Assembly (NCBI GenBank): GCA_951406725.2
Contig: OX597822.1
Coordinates: 34,224,001-34,288,000, forward strand
DNA: 64,000 nt
Source of the DNA: Octopus vulgaris
Lineage: Eukaryota
Reading direction: 5' to 3'
Shown: piece after piece, positions 54,260-64,000 of the stretch
Numbering within the stretch: position 1 is the first letter of the stretch
How the letters are laid out: each line of letters starts with the position of its first letter
Program-made: the position numbers and the translations under genes
The notes under the pieces: generated by a model
What the model was told of the DNA's origin: nothing
What the model saw: only the letters and a program-made list of their open reading frames with translations
Databases searched by the model: none

Positions 54260-55155
54260 TGTGGTGGTATGGGTGATGGTGGTGGTGGTCGTAGTGATGA
54301 TGATGATGATGACGACGACGATGATGATGATGATGCTGGTGTTAGTGACAGAATGGTGTGTGTACTGATAGTGGTAGTGATGGTGGTAGTGATAATGATG
54401 GTTACTGTGAGGATGGCGATGGTAGTGGTGATGGTGATGGTAGAGGTGTTGGTGACAGAATGGTTGGGGTAATGGTGGCAGTAGTGGTAGTAGTAGTAGT
54501 GGTAGTGGTGATGGAAATGTTGGTGACGGAATGGTGGGTGCGATGGTGGTGGTAGTGGTGTTTGTGACGAAATGGTGAGGATGGTGTTAGTGACGGTGGA
54601 ATGTTGGTGATGGTGGCGGAAGAGGGGTGGTGGTGGTGTGATAGTAGTGATAGTGGTGCTAATATGGAGATGGTCGAGGAGTTAGTGTCAGAATGGTGGT
54701 GGTCGTAGTGGTTCTGATAATGATTGTAGAGGTATTAGTAGTGATGGTGGTGATAATGGTTTGATAATCATTGTAGTAGTGATGAAAGAGGTGGCGATAA
54801 TGGCGGCGGCGGTGGTGGTGGCGGTGGCGGTGGTAATGGTGATGTTGGTACTGGTGATAGTAGTAGCAGTGGTAGTAGTGTTGGTGGTGATTAATGACGA
54901 TGCTAGTGGGGTTCGTAATGGTTGTGGTTATAGCAATGTAGTGTTAATAATTTTGGGTGGTGTGCTGGTGATAGTGTTGGTGGTGATAATGAAAGTAGAG
55001 GTGGGGATTGTAGTGGTGTCTTAGTTGCGTTGGTGGTAGTGTTGATGGTGGTGGTAGTGTTGATGGTGGTGATGATGACAGATTCTGGTGACGGTAATGG
55101 TGGTGGGAGTAGCGGCGACGGTAGTCGTGGGAGTGGTAGTGACGGTGGTGGGGAA
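54260..55155. repeat. Degenerate (GGT/GAT/AGT)n low-complexity tract
   Basis: Direct inspection. Confidence 0.9.
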
Positions 55156-55331
55156 ATACTACTTCAACATCTTTAAAATGGCGAAAGAAAATTGGTGTAT
55201 AGAAAATCTCAATGAAAGGTAAAAGATATCGAAATGCCAACATATCGAAAGAGAGATTACAAGAAAAAAAAGCAACGAAGAAAGAGAATAAGAGGAGAGA
55301 GAGAGAGTAAGAAAGAGAGAAAGAGAGGGGG

Positions 55332-55389
<58 letters not shown>

Positions 55390-55927
55390 GTATATATATG
55401 TATGTATGTAAGTATAAAATAAAATAATAAATAAATCCGCCCTTTTAAAGCCTAGCCAGGCTCATGGGCCCGGTTTCCCCGTTTCTATGGCGTATGTGTG
55501 TGCCCCAGCTGGACGGGACGCCAGTCCATCGCAGAGCTACTCATTTTTGCCAGCTGAGTGGACTGGAACAACGTGAAATGAAGTGTTTTGCTCAAGAACA
55601 CAACCCGTCGCCCGGTCCAGGAATCAAAACCACAATCTTAAGATCATGATGCTGACACCCTATCCACTAAGCCACACGCCTCCCCGTATGTAAGTATAAT
55701 GAATATATAATACATTTGCACATACATACGAATAAGATCGTAAAAGACAGAGAGAGAGAGAGAGAGAGAGAGTGGGGTGAGTAAAAGTGTTGATTTATGA
55801 AAGAGATCCGACGTCAAGTTGATATACGAAGAAAAGTGAGAAATTTGATAATGGATAAAAAAAGTGTTAGTCTGATAGAAATATACAGAGATACAGAAAG
55901 ATGAAGTGATAGACAGGCAGATAGATT

Positions 55928-56002
<75 letters not shown>

Positions 56003-57300
56003 TGATAGATAGATAATTGGGAGCAAGAGAGATGAATATATAGAGATAAAGAGAGATATTGAAATGGAAATATGCAAGGACGTTTTAAGTGTTCGTGTGG
56101 GATGAGAACTTTGGAAGATGTGATCACATTTCTCTTAGTCGAAAATTTTACAGCGTTCTTGCACAGAGAGAGAGAAAGAGAGAGAGAAGTTGAGATGATG
56201 GAAACCTCGGTACTAAAGAATGTTAAAAAAAATAATAATTTAAGAGAGCTACAGTTTCACTAGGAAATATAATTAAATTTATAGGAGGTATGCAAGCGAT
56301 AGAATCGACTTCCATCAATATTTTATTCGGTTTTTATTCGTCCTGCAACAAAGGTGAATTTTGTACAAGAAGCGCGTGTACTCAATCGGCAACACTCTCG
56401 TATATTACGTATATTTATTTATATGTTGTTCTGGCTTCTCAGCGCTAGATCAACTAGCAGTAAACCGGTGATCAAAAGTTTGGAGTCGTAGTATTTTGTT
56501 TAGGTTTAATATATCCACAGCTGCATGATAGTGAAAGCATACGTATCTTTAACTTTTTTAAGGTAGTTATGAATGATTTCATAGTGATTTGGCTGCTATT
56601 CCTACTAACTCTAAACAATTTGTAAAGCTTTATCTACCTATGTACACTGTTAAGTGTTTAAATGTCCTAGTGTGTGTGTGATTAGTGTTATTCTGATAAT
56701 TATTCTTTTCTACTCTTGGCAGAAGGCCTGAAACTTTGGAGGAAGGGGCCAGTCGATTAGATCGACCCCAGAACGCAACTACTACTTAGCTTATCAGTCC
56801 CGAAAGGATGAAAGGCAAAGTGGACCACGGCGGAGCCAGAACTCAGAACTCAGAACGTAAAGACCGACGAAATATTTCTGTACTACCCACAAGGGGCTAA
56901 ACACAGAGAGGACAAACAAGGACAGATAAACGGATTAAGTCGATTATATCAACTCCAGTGCGTAGCTGGTACTTATTTAATCGACTCCGAAAGGATGAAA
57001 GGCAAAGTCGACCTCGGTGGAATTTGAACTCAGAACGTAAAGACAGACGAAATACCGCTAAACATTAACACCCAAGTACCAGTCTCAATATTCTCTCTGT
57101 ACCTAATAAATCAGTTTTCTGAGCATGTTCTACTCTCATGTCAGTCCCAGTTTCCCAGAGCAGTCGAGTTTATTTCAGATATTCTCATTTTAAAAATCAT
57201 CTCTGGCTAATCGTTGAGTGGACGTTGCTGTGCTTGGCGGAGGTTTGCACTCTCTAAGTGCTCTTGTTATTATTATTATTGTTGTTATTATTATTATTAC

Positions 57301-57860
57301 TGAGTGAGAGAGCAGCGCATGCCATCGAAGTGACACTGGGGTAAAATATACGAAGCCCGGTATACCCATCACGACTACCCGCTTGATAAGGGCACACCAA
57401 GCACATGCGTCAAAACCAAATGTGCGCGACATAGTGATCTCAGATCATGATAAACAACACATAACACATGCAGGTGGGGCCCAGTTTGAATTTTCTTCAG
57501 GTCGAATAGCCCATCCAGCTCAAAAGTTTTCTGAATAAGGGTTGTTTAAAGATGTTGAACGAAACATCACTGTTTCCAGAAGTGAATTATTCAAACACCA
57601 AAAAATTATTTTCAATACTTGGTTATGATGCTCCCCCACTAAGTCTGCTCGTGATTAGAGATGCACAAATTTTCAGCCGCTCGAGGACATGCTCAACTGG
57701 TTATGGTCAAACAACTGACAAGCAAATATGTGGTATTGAGCAGAATATTTGCTGTAGCCCATCTTTTATACCAAGACAAAACAATGTACATGATAACACT
57801 TCCAATTAGTCTAGATCAGAAGCCATGAGAGCCACTGCCTGGTACTGCATCAGGGCATTT
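57301..57860. mobile_element. ~560-bp non-coding insertion within a (TTA/TAA)n microsatellite, possibly Dong/R4-dependent
   Basis: Complex sequence bounded on both sides by (TTA)n. Dong/R4 LINEs are known to target (TAA)n, but the link here is inference. Confidence 0.4.
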
Positions 57861-57911
57861 ATTATTGTTGTCGCTATTATTATTATTATTAATAATAATA
57901 ATAATAATAAC

Positions 57912-57953
<42 letters not shown>

Positions 57954-58449
57954 TATTATTATTATTATTATTATTGATAATATTAACAATGATGATGATG
58001 ATGATAATGATAATAATAATAATAATAATAATAGAATTAACATTGAAATTACTTCAATTCATTTAATTCTCATCGTACAATAGCTGACTATTATAATTCG
58101 AATTTCCAGCACATTAAATATTCGTAGCGTTACTATTTGCCAAGGTACGCTTGAATAGGTGTGTAAAATAGAAGATGCTAACTATATGATTTATACTTTA
58201 TGGCTTATTGCTCGTATACTGCCGTTGTTTGCTATTTGCCATCATTCTTTATTTGTCTCCCGTTAATTCTGCATATTTCAGTATTTCTGGGCGAGAGCAA
58301 CTCTGACGTGGTTAAAAAGTCATAATCTCATTTGAATGCTTTAATCAAAATACACATTAATTATAAAGTTGTTTTTATTGTTTATAGTTGGTGGCTACTC
58401 TATGGAACTATTTACAGTTGGCCTTCTACGGAGTTAGTGTATTTGACAG

Positions 58450-58825
58450 TGAAGGCACATGGCTTAATGCGTTGGGTATTGAACTCACAATTGTAAGGAG
58501 GAGAGTTCGATTTCCGGTGGTGACTTGTGTTCTTGAGTAAGAGATTTTATTTTACGTTGCTCCAGTTCACTCAGCTAGTAAACATGATTGGTACCTGTAA
58601 TTCAAAGGGTCACCTTATGTGACCTTTTGTCACAGAATGAGACCCGTTGTCACACGGTGTGACCCTTTGTCACATTCTTTGTTGCACTGAATCTCCTTGA
58701 CAATTATGTTAAGGTTACGCGCGTCTGTGGAGTGCTCAGCCACATGCACGTTATTTTCACGAGCTGTCTGTTCCGTCAATCGGAACTACTTCGACGCTCG
58801 TCGTCGTAACCGACGGAGTGCCAGT
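58450..58825 (+). mobile_element. Diverged tRNA-head SINE (family A-related)
   Basis: GAAGGCACATGGCTTAATG head, and GTGGAGTGCTCAGCCAC...CGTAACCGACGGAGTG tail. Confidence 0.7.
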
Positions 58826-59377
58826 ATTTGACACAGGCGCAACACACAGTCAATGAACAAAACAATTTAAAATCGTTTAGACCAGGCATGGCTGTCTGGT
58901 TAAAAAAGTTCACATTGAAACCACGTGGTTTCGCGTTCATCTCCTCTGCGCACCACTTTGAGAAAGTGTCTTCCACTAAAGCCCCAGGTCGAAAATGTAT
59001 GTGTGTGTGTGTGTTTATAATATGCTTATAATAAAACAGGCGAATGGCTTATCTGGTACTGACACTGCTTGCTTGCTTATTTAGTAGCCTAATGAGTTAA
59101 GTAGCCTAATGAGTTTAGTAGCCTAATGAGTTAAGAATTAGCTTACGAATGTTGTTCATACTCCATATCTGGAGTAGCCCTGGTGAATGAATTTGGTAGA
59201 CGAAAACTGTGTGGAAGCCCGTATGGGTGTGTGTGTGTGTGTGTGTGAGTGTATGTGTGTATATGTGAGTGAATGTGTGTGTGTGTGTGTGTCAGTGAAT
59301 GTTTGTCTTTATCCCTCCCCCATCGCTTGACCACCGATATTGGTCTGTTTGTTTATGTCTCTGGACGTGAGTGGTTC

Positions 59378-59734
59378 TACCCTAAAGTCCAACCCCTCCT
59401 CAAAGCGGTAGGGTGGTGTAAACGGGCAGTGTCAGAGCTATGCTGTTGGGAACTGGTAGGGCCACCCAAGGCGGATTAGGGCCGCAGCCTGGGCCAACGG
59501 GGCTCTGGTGAAAATTCCAAGAGGCGTCTGATCGGCAACCGGCGGCTTCGAGGTCGTTCTGTCCCTGCGTCTGTGGAGACTCCGCGGCAAACCGGGCGTC
59601 CCGTCACTCGGGATATGCATGCGGGATGTCGGGGACCGCTTGTGTATTCAATATTCACACGAAACTTTTTATGAGAGAAGAAGCCGGCTCAACCCACCCT
59701 GGGTGAACGCTGTCACAAGTACAAGTAAGTAAGT
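59378..59734 (+). mobile_element. Young GC-rich retroposon (possibly RTE-dependent) nested in a family C SINE
   Basis: Perfect 13-bp TSD ACGTGAGTGGTTC at 59365-59377 and 59735-59747, 3' tail CAAGTACAAGTAAGTAAGT, CpG-rich. Confidence 0.82.
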
Positions 59735-60445
59735 ACGTGAGTGGTTCGGCAAGAAAACCCAATAGAATAACTGCCAGACTTAAGAATTAATACAGGGATC
59801 ACTACGTTCGACTAAAGCCTTCAAAGGCGGTACCGCGTCACGGCTGCTGTGGAAGACCCAAACAAATAAAATATTTCAGATTGATAGTGCTCAGTTTGAT
59901 ATTAATAGGAAAACAATATGGCAGGGAAGGAGACCCAGAGAAAGAATGATAAGAATGCATTCAATGATTAATAGGGAAAGGAAATGTGATAAAGCTGTTG
60001 CAAGGAGATAAAACGCTGTGTGACTGGGACGCTACAGTGGTTTCAAGACTTACTCCAGAAAAATCCGTATACGTGCATACTCTTTACTCTTTTACTTGTT
60101 TCAGTCATTTGACCGTGGCTATGCTGGAGCACCGCCTTTAGTCGAGCAAATCGACCCCCAAGACTTATTCTTTGTAAGCCTAGTACTTATTCTATCGGAC
60201 TCTTTTGCCGAACCGTTAAGTTACGGGGGCGTAAACACACCAGCATCGGTTTTCTGGCGATATTGGGGTGGGGACAAACATAGACACACAAACATACACA
60301 CACACGTATATATATATATATATATACATACAGATATAGGGTAAATAATTATTAATTTAATAATTCATAAATTTTACAAAGTAGTTTCGGAATGGAAAAA
60401 ACCATTATCGGTAAAACTTATACAAAAAGTTTTTTTTATATAATT

Positions 60446-60686
60446 ACTAGCAGTATTGCCCGGCGTTGCTCGGGTTTGTTTCGACCTTTTAGAATTGAAA
60501 TGTTTGAAAAGTAAAAATTTTACATTATGTAGATTGTAATTCTCTTTAAGTGAATATTTTTCTGGTTGAAATACACCGAAAAATAACAACACAGCAGTCA
60601 AAAAATCGTAAAAATAGGGATTTTCATAGAAAAAAAAGCACCGTTTTGATGTAAATAATTTTTGGTGTTAACATGGTCCGATTTGA
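60446..60686 (+). mobile_element. Possible Helitron/Helentron-type non-autonomous element end
   Basis: T|ACTAGCAGTATTGCCCGGCGTTGCTCGGG: ACTAG terminus plus a short GC hairpin, as in HINE-like elements. Confidence 0.45.
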
Positions 60687-60691
60687 AGAGC

Positions 60692-60775
60692 AAGCCTTAC
60701 AGCTGTTTCTGCTCTAAGGTGTAATGCGCCCATAGTTGAGTGCTTGAGTATCATCCTGTTACTTCATCGGAGCTT
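60692..60775 (-). ncRNA. Degenerate type I hammerhead
   Basis: AAGCT-CCGATGA-AGT...GCA-GAA-ACAGCTGT-A-AGGCTT. Palindromic stem III, but imperfect stems I and II. Confidence 0.4.
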
Positions 60776-61413
60776 CGAACAATTTGTTATCCTTTGTCAT
60801 CGTTATTTCTTATTACTGCTATGTACCCAACTGATCCCTCATTCTGAAGGATATGTATAGTGAGTTCTAACCCCAGGTTATTGTCATATCAATGATATAT
60901 ATATATATATATATATAATAAATTACTAAATAAAACATATACATATATACATACTTATATGTACGTACCTACCTCTACATGTATATATACATACATATAT
61001 GGGTACAGGACACCAAAAAACGTCGAACACAATGAGAAACAAAAACATAAACACAAAACCAAGGAACTGGACATTTTTCTTAAACAACGAAAAAATAGAC
61101 TACAGGACAAATAACACAAGGAAAATTCCCCTTTTCAGTCGCCATGGTTTCATCTACTCTGCGTTTCGAAGGTGAAGGCGATACGCATTTTCGATAGAAA
61201 CTTTCCTTCCCGCGAAAAGCAAATTAAATAAAATTTGAGATCTTTTTGCGGGGGATGAGGGGGGGGGTAAAAATAGTATGAAAAACAGGACAGTAACGAC
61301 AGTACAAAATATAAACAGTAAAAGACAGGACAAGGAGAATAACAAGACAAGAAGGGCTGTTAGGCCGAACGAGATAAAGTATACGAACGCTATTTTTGAG
61401 AACGGCGAAGGAG

Positions 61414-61467
<54 letters not shown>

Positions 61468-63315
61468 AGAGAGAGAGAGAGAGATGACCAAAAGTTTGGA
61501 ACATCGGTCTGAAAATTAGATTTTTTATATTAAATGCCCAAAGTTATATTTGAATCGAATTGAACTTGGGCATAATTTTAATTTAAAAAAAAAAATCTTC
61601 CAAACTTTTGCTCACGGCTGTAAACGCACACGCACGCACACACACACTATTTCTTTATTACACGCACACACACACACAAACCCATATCATTCATACCATC
61701 TACTACTGAATCCTCAGAGCATGAAACCAAATTACAAGATGTCAGTAACATCTTTTAAGATTGTTAGTTAACCATCAGCACCAACACATCGTTATCTACA
61801 AAAGCCATCACCTTTACCATCATTAGTTTCCTTACTTTCATCCGTATAATTACCATTAAATATAATTTCACCTATCTGTAGCAGCAGCTTTAGAGTTATT
61901 AAATGTAAATTTGCAATATTTATAATGCTTTCTTTGTTGTTAAAGGTCAGATAAATTCAGATTTGTTATTTGCCTTCCACGGTATCTGCAAGCTCTCTGC
62001 ACAGACTACATTAATCTTACCAACAGCTATTCAATATCAACTGGAAGTATTTCCCTTCCAATTAAGTTTGTAATAACATATTATTCATATGAGGCTTAAT
62101 ATTGATGTTCTTCATTTGACGAATGTCTTATTAAGTCGTACACATCCCGCAGTATCAAAAACCACTCTTGTGACTGGACTTGTAAACAAATGTTGCTGGC
62201 AAAAAAATAAGACAGTGTCAGTATTTCCTGTTCACATCTTAAACTTTATGCATATTAGGTGAGGACAACGAGAAACGTACCTATTAGAGAAATACAGCAA
62301 CCCATGGAAATTATAGGATAGTCCTTTTCGAATTTGAATATGACCTATTAGGTTGGGCTTCAACTCGATGAGTTTCTGTGTGGCATGAACCTAACGAGTC
62401 TTTCATTTCTTTCCAAAAGAGATCGAATGTCGCTTATTGTATGCTGCTGTTGTCTTCTTCTTTTTCTTCTTCCGATCAGGACTCACGCCATTAGCCACAA
62501 AGAATAATCTCTAATTCGAGTCTACTCTAAGCTACTAAGCATGCGTGTAGCAACTTGGAGATCCACCCACCACAAGCGATGGACTGGCGGTTGCACGGGC
62601 GCGAAAGCTACGTTGTTATCCTTATTCCGTAAACGGTGGCTTTTAACGGGTGGAGAGCTGAACCATCCTGGGAGCACAGAGGATTCGCAATCTAGACTAG
62701 GGTCTCAAAGTTTACACACCATAGTGGGTTACACCATGGTTCCTCTGCTTTGTGGCAGAAGTAGGAAGAAAGAGTGAGAGAAATTTGTGGTGAAAAGTAC
62801 AGCGGGGTTCCCCACTCCTCCCCGCCGGAGCCTAGTGGAGCTTAGGTATTTTTGCTCAATATATACTCACAACGCCCGGTCTGGGGATCGAAACCGCGTT
62901 CTTACGACTGCGAGTCCGCTGCTGTTGCTGTAGTTTAGTGCAGTGAATTATATCGCTTTATACTAATTAAGATGTATGCATTCATTGGTTGAGAGTTAAG
63001 TAGTTTGACACAGACACAGTACAATATCCATGACGATATGAAATAGCGATGGTATGATAAGCGTTAACAACTATTCGGCTTATTACGAACTATTGAATCC
63101 ATCTAGCAGTGTTGGCCGAAACTGATGTTTTAAGATAAAAATAAAAAAATAAAAAAAGATGAGGCCTGAAGTTACTATCTTCCGTTTTTGTTTGCTTGTA
63201 TTATTTTGTCATCTGCTTTCTTATATTAATGTTTTATTCTTCAAGATTGAAAGAGAGAGAGAGAGACAGAGACAGAGAGAGAGAGAGAGACAGAGAGAGA
63301 CAGAGAGACAGAGAG

Positions 63316-63346
<31 letters not shown>

Positions 63347-63696
63347 GAGATAAAAGAAGAAAGGATGTCTACGGATACAAGTATAGATGTATGGTTAAGA
63401 AGTTCGCTTCCTATCCAGATGATTTCTGGTTCGATCGTATGTGCGGTACTTTATGTAAGAGTCTCCTAGTATAGCCTTGGGCCGTTCAATGCCTTTTGAG
63501 TTAATTCTGTTGACAGAAACCAGCGTGGACATCCGTCTAATCTATCTATCTGTCTGATTGTCAATCTATCTATATGTCTGTCCGTCTGCCTGCCTGTCTG
63601 TCTATCTATATGTCTGTCTGTCTGCCTGCCTGTCTGTCTATCTATATGTCTGTCTTTCTGCCTGTCTATCTATCTATCTGTCTGTCTTTCTGCCTG

Positions 63697-63754
<58 letters not shown>

Positions 63755-64000
63755 CATCTATATGTATATATAAATGTATGCGTGAACGTATGTGTGTATG
63801 TGAGTGTGTATGGAAGTACACGTATATATATGTATGTGAATGCGTGTTTGTGTTTGTATTTCATTGTTTGACAACTGATATTGGTTTTTTTTTTGGTCCC
63901 TATAATTTAGCATTTTGTAAATCCGGGGCCAATAGAATAACTCAGAATTTAAAAGATAAGAACTTGGCTTATTTCGTTTGACTAAATCCTTCAACGTGAT

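Noticed and set aside
54248-55243. Val/Met/Asp/His-rich ORFs
   Set aside because: Products of a degenerate trinucleotide tract.

Overview
Repeat-dominated, AT-rich animal DNA. The SINE families and the density of (TA)n/(CA)n/(GATA)n tracts suggest an octopus/cephalopod genome, which is my inference only. I see no intact host gene, rRNA, true tRNA or CRISPR array, and nearly all ORF-track entries are microsatellite or SINE artefacts. Recognisable protein remnants are a 5'-truncated but open Penelope-like element (PLE) ORF (RT C-terminus plus GIY-YIG, 14.5-15.7 kb), a decayed PLE, and Tc1/mariner, piggyBac, probable Chapaev3, RTE and other LINE fragments. The main signal is RNA-structural. Four different non-coding tandem-repeat families (units of about 588, 470, 472 and 353 bp) and the 3' end of the coding PLE each carry a type I hammerhead ribozyme (HHR) fold with a palindromic or near-palindromic stem III and, in most, a long stem II. 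I count 19 structurally complete copies plus several degenerate ones. All sit in or against (TA)n tracts, and two loci have a head-to-head inversion. This looks like a PLE-driven retrozyme system, possibly with circular RNA intermediates. Folds were assigned by eye, no activity or database search was run, and coordinates of decayed elements are approximate.
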